A model generated the notes under the pieces. That model worked only from the letters and a program-made list of their open reading frames with translations. It made no database searches and was not told where the DNA came from. From Cirrosporium novae-zelandiae (lineage: Eukaryota), in contig JAPETS010000005.1 in NCBI GenBank assembly GCA_026023565.1, positions 186,001-250,000 on the forward strand: a DNA stretch of 64,000 nucleotides, in the 5' to 3' direction. Shown piece by piece: positions 1-10,833 of this stretch. Position 1 is the stretch's first letter. Each line of letters begins with the position of its first letter. Position numbers and translations under genes: made by a program.

Positions 1-381
1 AGGGAAAGAATGAGACACGGAGAAAATTAGTTGAGATAAATGCGGAACTCTCAACAATCCTTAGACTATAATATGTTGTGCATTAATTGAAGCTGGTTCA
101 GTGATGGTCTAACACTGTGTCATCCTTGGTCTTGGCATCATGTTTTGCAAGTGTATTGTTACGTTGAATAGTCCACATGCTGAAAAAAAAATCAATCCAA
201 GCAGCTTTCTCACTCATCGGCTTTTTCAGTACCCCTAAATTGGGGTGATATTTTGATTGTTGTGCTATCGTCCTAGACCATCATGCATGTATCATAGTCC
301 AGTGATTGTTCACTGTTTACCCAGCACACAGACGCAATTTACAGCCATTCCATGAGATCCATAAAAGACGTGTAAAATAAT

Positions 382-1025
382 TTAGAAAACAAGAGCAGCA
401 CCCTTTGTTTTCTTGTCACCACTGTAAAATCAAGGATTAGTAATTAATGTGCTGTAAGATAGACGTTGACTAGATATTGACATACCCCAATTCGAAATGT
501 TTGCAACGTTTCAGTGATAATTGTGCCTTAGTTTTGCAGACGGTGCATTCTAGACGCAACACAACCTTCTTCGTAGTTTTGGCCTTCTTGTGGAAGACAG
601 GCTTGGTCTGACCACCATAACCTGATTGTTTTCTGTCATAACGTCTCTTTCCTTGGGCGAATAGCGAGGCCTAGAAGAAGCAAAGTCAGAACCTTGAAGT
701 CTTAGAAATATCAATATTTCGAAGATAGTCATACCTTTCCGGCCTTGTACTGTGTCACCTTGTGTTGGGTGTGCTTTTTGCAGTCTTTCCCCTTGCAATA
801 GGTCTTGCGTGTCTTGGGAACGTTCACCTGTTATAAAAAATGGGTTAGCATCTACTGAAGAGATAGTTGAAGCTATGCGCTGAATCAGGGTAATTCTGGT
901 CAAGAATCAAGTAGCAATCCAGCAAGTCGACAGATCCGTAGAGCCAACATCAATATATCGAGATCCCTAATATTCAGAGTCTATATTCTAGCCTCCTCAT
1001 TATATAAAAATATTTAACTTACCAT
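382..1025 (-). CDS. RPL42: 60S ribosomal protein eL42 (L44/L41/L36a), 106 aa, 4 exons: 1023-1025 (ATG only), 735-827, 486-670, 382-421
   Basis: Manual splicing gives [106 protein letters not shown]. All introns are GT..AG. Not in the ORF track. Residue 56 is Pro, the cycloheximide-sensitive type. Confidence 0.97.
880..957 (-). ncRNA. Candidate intronic box C/D snoRNA, U45/SNORD45-like, predicted to guide 18S rRNA 2'-O-methylation
   Basis: Lies in the 195-nt intron 1 of RPL42. Box C-like TTGATGT at 953-947 and box D CTGA at 888-885, preceded by AGAATTACC, which is complementary to 18S GGUAAUUCU. A second element, TGTTGGCTCTA (949-939), is complementary to the adjacent 18S UAGAGCUAAUA. Confidence 0.65.
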
Positions 1026-1419
1026 TTTGACTGATTTAATGCGGTGATGCGGTGATTCGGGGATGCTAAGGTTGATTCGATGTCGCTGGCGTTGGAGATA
1101 ATTCTGTCTTAGGAACCTTGGTGGGAACCAACTCGCTTGAGCCCTAATCATTACGCTAACCCTATTTAGAATAACTTGAGCCACAACTGTTCGGAGTTTG
1201 AGCCGGGGGTTCTTCTCCCTCAATAATCTATTACTATTTAGCATTGCTCAAACCCCTCCAATAGACTCGAGAGCATATGCTCTTACAAATATATCTATCG
1301 AGGAAAAGTGTTACATCCTTCATATAAGACAGCACCAACTGATGCATTCTTACTAATCTATTTAGATGCCACAAGAATCATTTCTTGGAGAGGGAAACCA
1401 AAATAAATCTAATTAGTTA

Positions 1420-2494
1420 TTAAAAGCCTTGACCTAGACGTATACGTTCTCCATCCCCATACCATAGCCTTCCCTTACGACACTCAAGTCCTTTCTCCTC
1501 CCCAACAATCCATTCCCCCCCTGCTTTGATATTCTCTCCTTCCCGAGGCCAATATTCCTCACGCAGCCACCCGTTGATCTCTTGGATCTTGGATATCCAC
1601 TTCTTGATCTTTTCCGGGTCGACGGCCTCACCACCCTTAGTTCCAGCCATTTGGAAGTCACTATGAGTGACAAACCGCCCGATTGTCAAATGAGCGGAGG
1701 GGACGACATATCTTGAGCCTATATTTAACCCAGTACTACTCGACAAATCAAAAATATCTCTACGAAGATGATGGTATGTATATGCATCATCTTGTGAAGT
1801 GCGTTGGTCGCTCAAAGCTTCTCCGGCAGCTGGAACCCAACTCAGAGCTAAAGCTGAGTTGTCGAAGCTGAGTACTGGTCGAATCAGTCTAGCTCGGTGC
1901 TCCATAGGGTAGTCAGTAATTTCTGGTATCTTTGGCTCTAGTTTTTGTATGAGACTTTCTATTTGGTCTGCAGTGAGCGAGTGCGCTACTTCTAATGTAG
2001 TCATGTGTAGATTGTTCGGTGGCATCACCCATAGATCTATTACCAGATATTAGTTGTAATTGTGCAGTAGTTTACTTCATTAGAATGATTCCGAAAAGAC
2101 TGACTTGGAGCGATGCCCAGGAGTTTTTGCTGGATACTGGCAATAAGATCTCTTTGTTTTTTTGGAGGACGAGCCCAGACTGTAAGGCAGTTTCTTGGGT
2201 CGATGAAACCAGCTTCTTTTGAAGGCCCCCATAGCTTGCAGAGTATTGGATCTGGATTTATTCCCTTGAAGCTGGCATCCAGATGTCTTTCTAATTGCTG
2301 CTTGTTGCGGGTAGTTCGATGAATCTCATAGCGAACTTGAATATCTGCCTGGTTTTATTTAGGAGGGAACTTGAACGCAAAAGTCTGATGATTCTTACTG
2401 CATTATCGTTGCAAGCATCGATGAGTGCATTGTATGGGTTTCCAGACATAGGTGTCGAAACCCCAGAGAAGTTCTCGTAGGAAATGTCACCCAT
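1420..2494 (-). CDS. 2H phosphoesterase / RNA ligase-cyclic nucleotide phosphodiesterase superfamily protein, 3 exons (2399-2494, 2105-2348, 1420-2036)
   Basis: Spliced ORF MGDISYENFSG...ADIQVRYEIHRTTRN...NLWVMPPNNLHMTTLEV...PSAHLTIGRF contains two HxT motifs. GT..AG introns are in frame. Confidence 0.8.
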
Positions 2495-2824
2495 GTTGAT
2501 TAATTAGATTTATGCCTTGCCATTCCATTAGCTCTTTCAAAGTGTTAACAAACTTTGGCGTTGCTACATTACCTGAACACGTGTTACTTCAAAAACGGTT
2601 ATTCGGAAACGGATGGATACCTGTCGATCTACATTACCCCTTGGCTTCCATAAGGCTGGTATCTATCTAAGTTCGGTATCAAATAATCATCCCGCCGAAC
2701 CCCGCCAACAATTACCTGGAACAACAGGAACCCAAGCTTGATTAACAACTGGATTATCCTCACTTTTTATACCCGAACTACCTTCTTGGTAGTGTACCCG
2801 CAACATTCTCTGATCCGATACAAA

Positions 2825-3250
2825 ATGCTTATCAAGTATACTTTTTTCTTACGCTTTTCTAGATTTAGGGCTAACAGTTCATCAACGTTGATAGAGTCCG
2901 CACCCTAACAGGCAAAGAGATCGAGTTGGACATCGAGCCTGACTATACGGTACGCTATCTTACCTATGTGATTACTATTTGACAAGAACCATCGCTTCTA
3001 ATGTCACCCAGGTCTACCGTATAAAAGAGCGTGTCGAAGAAAAGGAAGGGATCCCTCCTGTGCAGCAACGACTTATCTTCGGTGGTAAACAAATGTATGA
3101 AATCTCTTGTTGCTATATGTGTTTATCTACATATGAAGTAAGCTAATAAAGGGTTGGTTTATTAATAGGGCGGACGACAAAACGGCGACCGAATACAGCC
3201 TTGTTGGTGGAGCGACCTTGCATTTAGTGCTTGCTTTGAGAGGGGGATAG
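2825..3250 (+). CDS. NEDD8: NEDD8/Rub1 ubiquitin-like modifier, 76 aa, 4 exons (2825-2835, 2895-2949, 3012-3094, 3169-3250)
   Basis: Spliced protein is [76 protein letters not shown], with the NEDD8-diagnostic Ala72 (LALRGG). Not in the ORF track. Confidence 0.97.
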
Positions 3251-3743
3251 GAGTATCATTTCGTGAACAGGGAATAAAGATGAAGCTACAAGGAATGCAA
3301 GTTAGTGCTGGTATCTGATAAGACAAAGATGATGGTCATACGCAGAAGTCCAACTCCTCGGCGCTGGTTCACAATTATTAGACTTGAGATACTGCTCATG
3401 GCTAGTCTTGAAAGTCATTTCAGCATATGATTTCTTAGAAATTCACTTGAAGGTACCCTCTTCTATCTAGGATACATACTTGAAGGATTTCTTTGATAAA
3501 GACATACAACACCATTAACTCCATGCTAAGCTCCTCCAAAAAAAGGGGCCATTAATATGGAACAATGGAAACCCTCAAAGCCTTCGGTCCTAAAACAATT
3601 TACCCAGCTGTAGACACGGTTGGTTTTATTATGATACAGAATATATCCAGCGAAACATCAAAGAAACGCCAGCAACGAAAGGATTATTTGACAGGCCCTT
3701 TTGAAAACTCCTTGATTTATGAATTTCTCTATTGCGAGCACCT

Positions 3744-4682
3744 TTAAACCTTGCGTTTCTTCGTCGGAGGCATAAAAACGTCCACTGGTTTCCTTTTGGT
3801 TGGAGCTAGCCGTTTTATTTGTGATAAAGGCTGTGGGCTCCTTTTAGGAACGCGATGTATCGACTTAGATGATGATGCGGGTTCGGGGTCAGAATCGAAC
3901 TCATCATCACCAATGACTGGGGGTAGTTTCGAGGTGGTCTGACTTCCTAATTCTTTTATAGCAAGAAGTCTTTGTTCACGCCCTGACAAGCCTGTAGCTG
4001 TTGCGTATATCGGACTAGTCTTGGGAGCACGGACTCTGATGCTTTGAATTTCTTGAAGTTGTGGCTGAGCAGTCTTGTATTCTTGTACCATCCCCTGTGG
4101 TGCTTTTTGTATTCGGGAAGCACTATTGAACCTACGTAGCGGTAGCGTTGGTTTCTGAGGATGGAGTCGAGGTCGGTCTCTCACGTTCTGACGAGCCTTC
4201 GCTAGAATACTTTTTGCAGCAGGACCTCTTGGGGTAGTAGTCTGTCGGCCGTACGAAGTTCGTGTCGTCTTTGGAAGTTTTGGGAGTTCATCAAATGATT
4301 TGAGAGTTGTTGTGTGCTTCGCCCGGTCCGTCGCTCTAGCGTTCAATTTTGACTTAAGTATTTCGGTATCCTTATTAATTTCCGCTTCAGCTTCTTTTTT
4401 CAGCTTCTTATAGACCTTACTCCAGTTGTGAGGATTCTGAGGCACATGCGGCTTCTTTTCCCAATTAGGAATGTCTCTTTTGATAAATGCCCTCCATAGC
4501 TCTTCATCTTCGCCTAAGAGTTGGGGTGATGCCTTTTCTAATTCCATCAACTGATAAGGATTTTCGACTCGTAGGAGGGCTGGCCGGATTATATTGTATG
4601 GGATGTCACCGACATCGGTGATGGATTTAATAGATCTGATGCACGCCTGTTTGGCGATATCAAAGAGTGGTAGAGCAGGCAT
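3744..4682 (-). CDS. ELA1: Elongin A (RNA polymerase II elongation factor SIII subunit A) family protein
   Basis: N-terminal BC-box-like LPLFDIAKQACIR, then DVGDIPY...QLMELEKASPQL...ELWRAFIKRDIP. C-terminal NLS-like PTKKRKV. Confidence 0.85.
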   Translation of the reverse strand: MPALPLFDIAKQACIRSIKSITDVGDIPYNIIRPALLRVENPYQLMELEKASPQLLGEDEELWRAFIKRDIPNWEKKPHVPQNPHNWSKVYKKLKKEAEAEINKDTEILKSKLNARATDRAKHTTTLKSFDELPKLPKTTRTSYGRQTTTPRGPAAKSILAKARQNVRDRPRLHPQKPTLPLRRFNSASRIQKAPQGMVQEYKTAQPQLQEIQSIRVRAPKTSPIYATATGLSGREQRLLAIKELGSQTTSKLPPVIGDDEFDSDPEPASSSKSIHRVPKRSPQPLSQIKRLAPTKRKPVDVFMPPTKKRKV

Positions 4683-5134
4683 GGTCGCGTTCACTTTGTT
4701 GCAAATATGTAGAAAGGCTGGACAAGGGCAGGCGTAGTTTGATAGGAAGTAGGTGCTCGTAGTACTCTAGCAGTCGATATGGCGAAGCGAGGTACAGCTT
4801 GTAACCTCAAAATAATAGGAAGTATTTATCAATAGCATCCCAGTGAAAATATTTTTTAAAAAGTCAAGAGGAGGCGCTTCATGTGATATTGATTTTATAT
4901 ATCATGACAAGGTAAGGCGTTGAGAATCCTTTAGCACAGCGAATTGAAGTAATGAAAGAAGAATGAAAGAACACTTTTGTGTCCAAGGCTGCGCAGCAGT
5001 AATTAGTAGATCATTCACTTGGCATCGGCTCTTCGGCTGCTTGGCATCGGAATATTGAACTTTGCCGAACGGATCAGCAGACTTAGCATGTGACACCCAC
5101 CATAAATCTACCTCTTGCATTATTAACTTCACCA

Positions 5135-5500
5135 ATTATTTAGTTATTAATTACAATATTTTTTATTTTGAATATTAGATTTATTAGAATTTCAATTAGA
5201 ATCTCAGTACTAGCTTCAATAGAATATTTAATCAGAGGCTCAATAGAATGCTCAATATGAGCCTCGATCACAGCCTATAAACAGAAGCAACTTTAAATTT
5301 AATAACCTCTGTTGTTATTACTCTGCCTCCTTTCTCTCTTGCGCGACGTTAATCATCTCAACGCCAATACTAAAAGGCTTTGTTGAAGTGAATGGCAAGG
5401 TCGCGAGTAGGATTACAGGGACTACAATACACCTACCTTATACTATAGTAGGCGTTTACTATACTGCTATTCTCATTTTTCATAGTACTAGATAACATAC
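5135..5500. other. AT-rich, TpA-rich degenerate tract, possibly a RIP-mutated transposon relic
   Basis: Abrupt AT-rich patch with recurring CAATAGAAT-like units. A minus-strand fragment RRAREKGGRVITTEVI lies among stop codons. Family not identified. Confidence 0.3.
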
Positions 5501-5977
5501 TTCAAACAATTCAAGTCGAGGAATTCAACTTCTGGTAATTTGTCTTTTGGTATGGAGAGTTTATGCCAAGCTTTCTAGCAAACCTTGGTGTGACGACCCC
5601 AAAAGGTTCCCCGAACGCCCAAACAATCTCAGGAACTTTTGCCTCAACACCAAGTTTATCAACATCGAGTTTGAAACGAAGAAAATGATGCCATAGATAA
5701 GAAATGCTGATCCATTCCTCGGAATTGGGTTTCATTATCCTTGGATATCATATAATCATGCAGCTTACGCATATTAAACCCCCAAACAATATCCCCAGAT
5801 TAATTATCCAGAAACGGCTTCTCGTTTCAAGTTCACTATGGCACATCATAATTAGCAGCCACCTTATTAGCTTATATCTATGCTTCCTTGCACCATCATT
5901 TTGTTTTGCTCTCCAGTCTTTCTTCCCTAGTCATTCTTTCAATTATTTCAATACTTACCAGCAGGCCTGTGAACAAA

Positions 5978-7525
5978 ATGGAGAAATTTGAACACACTGT
6001 TTCTTTACATTCTTTAAACTCTGGAAGCACCACTCTACGAGATTCATTTCACGGAGACCGTGATGACGACAAATTAAAGTCTTCTCTAGGACCCGAGGCT
6101 GATGGCATCCCGAACGGTGGCTTTCTTGCTTGGTGTCAAGTATTGGGTTCATTCTTTCTGGCCTTCAATTGCTGGTAAACTGCCTATGTTTATATATTGG
6201 TTCTCTACCTTTGCTCTTACTCTATTTCGTTTTTGCCCTGTTATAGCGAAAATTAGTTGATTGGCTGACTTTCACTTCTGATACAGGGGCCTTACTAATG
6301 GGTTCGGCGTTTTCCAAACGTATTACGAGACGGAATTGCTTAGAGATCAAAGCCCATCGAGTATATCTTGGATCGGGTCTACCCAGGGATTCATACTCTC
6401 AGTTATAAGGTAAGCTCCGTCATGACTATAATCGAATCTTGGATATCCATGGCTAACATGATGACCAGCATTCTCGCAGGACCCGCTTATGATGCCGGAT
6501 ATTTCCATTTTCTCCTTTATACTGGAACGTTTCTCATCGTCTTTGGTTTCATGATGACTAGCATTTGTACGAGTTATTGGCAAGTTATGTTATCTCAAGG
6601 TGTTGTAGTGGGTCTAGGCGCTGGCTGCTTGGGGGTCCCTGCTGTTGCCATCCTACCACAATATTTTACAACGAAGAGAGCTATGGTTAATGGGGTTGCT
6701 ATGTGCGGGAGCAGTGCAGGTAAAGCCGTTCACTATCCTAGCTAGCTCCTACTAATCGCTAGTTCCTCAGGCGCGATTATTTTTCCTATCATTTTTCGCC
6801 AATTACAACCTAAGATAGGCTTTGGATGGACAACTCGTATTCTAGCTTTCATTGCTCTAGGGACCTTAATCATACCAATTGCGATCATGAGAATAAGGAC
6901 ACTCCCAAAATCAATCCGAACTATCTGGAGCTGGACCGCCTTCAAGGAACTCCCATACGACTTCGCCATTACCGGCATGTTCTTCGGGTACGCAGGGCTC
7001 TACATCCCTATGTTCTACGTCCAAAGTGTTGCTCTACACACTCATAGCGTGAGCCAAAACCTCGCTTTTTATATGCTACCGATTCTCAACGCTGCCTCGA
7101 TCCCTGGCCGTATTCTCCCCAACCTCGTCGCAAACAAGCTCGGTGCTCTGAATGTTTTCGTCCCAACGCTACTCATCGCCTCGATCTTCATTTTCAGCTG
7201 GACTGCCATGGGTTCCGAGTCCGGCATCCTGGCCTTTTCGATCCTCTATGGTTTCTTCTCCGGTACCATCCTCTCGCTTCCCCAAATCGTCATCATCTCC
7301 CTAGCACCCAGCCTCGACGTTGTGGGGACCCGTTTGGGGGCATTCTATGCGATTGGTGCACTGGGTATGCTTATTGGGAATCCCGTTGCTGGAGAACTTG
7401 TAGGCTCCGTGGGTGAGTATACGGGCCTACAGGTATTTTCTGGGGCCTGCGCTCTTTGCTGTGCTTGCATGTTTCTTGCTGCGAGGTTCAGTAAGACTGG
7501 TTTGCACTTGGCTGTAAGGGTGTGA
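5978..7525 (+). CDS. MFS monocarboxylate-porter family (MCH-like) transporter, 4 exons
   Basis: PNGGFLAWCQVLGSFFLAFNC-WGLTNGFGVFQTYY...WIGSTQ, then QYFTTKRAMVNG, GFGWTTRILAF and ASIPGRILP motifs. Introns at about 6175-6286, 6410-6468 and 6720-6770 keep frame. Confidence 0.9.
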
Positions 7526-8596
7526 ACTCCATCTGGATGGGGTTAAGAAAAAATTATGATAAAGTGTTTTATGTTTGTATTCGGGATGATTTTGAAGAAA
7601 TGAGCCTCCTTTTAGCAGCGTTTCATAGGTTGAGTATTTTTCGACGGCGGATTAGGCTGCCTTGAAGGACTAGTTCATTCCCTCTCTTTGAGTGAAAGTA
7701 GTTTCACGTCAATCGAATCACCGTCAGGATCCACCATAAAAACAATGACATACAATAGTTGATATTCTCTAGTTGTCATCAACTGACTACTACTTAACTG
7801 GTTCTAAGTTTATTTATGACAGAGGAGACGAGATAGCTAGTTTTCTTAAGCCTTCGGTCGTATGTGGTTATATATCAACAATGTCTGCTATATATACGTT
7901 GAGCATGAACTACGTAATTGATTCATTTTGGTGAGGCTGTATCGCCCAAAACTCACTAGAGGACGATGTAGCAAGAAAACCCGAGCAGAGTTACTAATCT
8001 ACCTACTAGACACATCTACCACCCTCGCCCACGTTAGAATACTAGTAATTTTCTAACGCTAGGTTTCAGTATCAGGCATAACAGTTTTTTTTGTGAGGGG
8101 AGAAACCCCAATTCTAACCATGTATGACTAGGGGAACTTGGAGGGATGGAGTATCAAGGTTGTTATTTGAAGCTATGATCGTGAGAAAATTGGGGCTGGA
8201 AATGGGGAGATGTGAGACTCGGTGATTATACCGAAGGGAACTGATTGGTAAGGAATTGGTCGTGGGGATTGCAGAGAGTATGGTATGGTAATGAGCCGAT
8301 TAAACATGGATTATGAGGCAGTAAAGAAATTTTATTAAATCGAGAGTTTACTCAAAAGGAATATAAAACGGATTATCAGTCATCCATCAATTTTGAAGTA
8401 GTAGCTTGAGCTGAGGTTGAAAATGATTTTTAAGGTTATGGCTTCTCCATGTCTTAAGATGTGGAGTTATATTGATTCTTGACTCTTGAGTCATAATCCC
8501 TTTGGTATGGTTTATTACTTACCACCTGCCATATACAGCGACAAAATATAATCCAAATCGCGAACAAGAACCTACCGATATCAATTAATCTCCACC

Positions 8597-9187
8597 ATGT
8601 CCACCTTCCCCCTCTCCTCCTCACTCACTACACCCGCCATTCACACAGCGCGCCTCATCCTCCGCCCTCTTGCTCCATCTGATCTCACCTCTGTCTACGC
8701 CATACGTTCCGACCCCTTAACTATGAAATGGACATCGACGCGAAAAGTGGCTTCATTATCGGAAACAGAGCAATGGATGACACAATTTCTTCCCACTGCC
8801 AATGAACCACAGAGGAAAAATTACAATTTCGGTGTTGTGGAGAAGGGCAAAAATGAGGGAAAGGTCATCGGGTTACTGGGAATTGTACGGATAGATCGAT
8901 ATCCGGAAGTTGGGTATATGTTTCATCAGAATGTGTGGGGACGGGGATATGCCACCGAGGCGTTGACGGGGTTTTTGGATGCATGGTGGGCTTTACCTTG
9001 CTCAGAGAAAATAGGTGGGGAGGAGGCTGAGACAGAGAGTGAGGGAATATGGGCTATAGCGGCCGAAGAAAATACTGGTAGTTCGAAAGTATTGAAGAAA
9101 TGTGGTTTCAAGTTCCTGAAAGAAGAGATTGAGGAGGATGGGGTAAAGGTTTTTATATACATTTGTAGGAGGCCCGAGAAGCGATGA
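8597..9187 (+). CDS. GNAT N-acetyltransferase, RimJ/RimL (Acetyltransf_3) type
   Basis: TARLILRP start, EVGYMF..WGRGYATEAL acetyl-CoA motif, EN.GS.KVLKKCGF. Confidence 0.9.
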   Translation: MSTFPLSSSLTTPAIHTARLILRPLAPSDLTSVYAIRSDPLTMKWTSTRKVASLSETEQWMTQFLPTANEPQRKNYNFGVVEKGKNEGKVIGLLGIVRIDRYPEVGYMFHQNVWGRGYATEALTGFLDAWWALPCSEKIGGEEAETESEGIWAIAAEENTGSSKVLKKCGFKFLKEEIEEDGVKVFIYICRRPEKR

Positions 9188-10010
9188 AGCTCTGAAAAAT
9201 AATATTATGAGGATTTAATACTACTGTAGTTACAAGGCACGGTTTAAGGTATGGATAATAAAAGTAATTGGTTAGATTTCCTGTCAACTAACTAGTCATT
9301 ATCCATCAATATGTGATGAGGCATTGATGGTTGTGCATGTACTGTGCATACCCTGTACATGTCGATATGGGACTACCCCTGCCGACGGCATATACTCGAG
9401 TACATCTAGTTTCCAATTAGCATGCCACAATGGACCACCTTATTATTTAGGCTTCGACTACTTTTAGTTGTCTATCCTTAAGACGTTGATCAAAGGACAG
9501 TGTGAGATAAACTTCTCATCTCGAGATCTTCGGTCTTCCAATCGAGGAATTTTGCTGTTGTATGTCTTATATCCGAGTAACTAGGCGGTTTCCAACCTTC
9601 AAAATCACCGAAAGTGGCTGTCGGTTTCCTTGTCGTACTTCGAAATCCAACCTTCTACACGTACCATACTTGCTCTTTCACAAATCTTCTCCTCACAAAA
9701 CTATCCAATTAACATTCCAAGACAATTTCCTAGGAATATGATTGTGGCTCCTGCTAATATTACCCGAATATGATCTGAGTTGTTATCCAAGTTTGAATGG
9801 TGATCAATGCTGCCAAAGCTAATAATGTTATTCCATGTCCTTCATCACCTAAATGCCAACATGCGTGCTGCAATTCGCATTATAAAAGACTGACATACCA
9901 GTTTAGTTTCTTCAGTTGAACTATTCATCTCTTCCTACATTCGCTGAACTCACATCTCTCGTTATATAGGTGCTAAACTAAGGTCCCTCGCTGTCAGAAA
10001 CATTAGCAAA

Positions 10011-10833
10011 ATGAAGCTCCCTTTGGCTCTTCTCTTCGCTGCAGCAAGTATAGCTTATAGTCAAGTACCCCCTGGATTCTTGCCCTATACCAATAATACC
10101 CTTCTTGTCGACTTCACCTCGAAGCCCATCCCCCTCATTCCAGCAGGCATCCTCCTCACCCCAGCTGGTAAGACTCTACTCTTTTCTCTCCCTAGATATG
10201 CTCTCCCTAACGCTAAACCCAGACGTGAGTGCCGAACCAGAGCACATTGGCTATGCCGATGCTCTTGGTGGCATATATTTGGCCATTATAGTCGACACTG
10301 GAACTACTCTCCCCACTGGCGAAACTATCACAACCCTCTACTGGTTCCAAACTGGTTTCGTTTCCTACCCTGCCCTCGCGCAAACCCACGCAGGCGTCCG
10401 CGCTACTCCTCTCCTCACCAACGACACAGCAGTAGGGCCTTACTCGGCTCCTAATCCTACCTCCCCACCTGCAATACATCATTATGTAGTTCTTTTGTAC
10501 CATCAGCCTGCAGACTATACACCAAATCCATACATATCGTCATTCCTTCCATTGAACGAAAACGACTATTCGAATCGGTATTCATTCGACTTAGTCAAGG
10601 CCCAGCTAGGACAACCGGTGGCGGCTAATTATTTCACTCTCGCAATGCTAAATGCTACAAAGACAAACACAACTGTGAGCGGATCGGCCACCGGAACCAG
10701 TACCACGTCGTTCGCAACATATACTGGTGGAGCTGAAGGGATGAGCAAAAAATTAAGAGAACTGGGGAGTTTGAGTGTCGCCTTGGCGGCTTTGGTCATT
10801 GGTTGGATGTTGGAAGAGGGTAATTATGTTTAA
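10011..10833 (+). CDS. Secreted PEBP-like protein with Ser/Thr stalk and hydrophobic C-terminus; intron 10168-10222
   Basis: Signal peptide MKLPLALLFAAASIAYS. PEBP-like YSAPNPTSPPAIHHYVVLLYHQP and LGQPVAANYF. Confidence 0.8.

Noticed and set aside
550..903. 117-aa ORF in the ORF track
   Set aside because: It is an off-frame read-through of RPL42 exons and introns; the spliced eL42 model explains the region.
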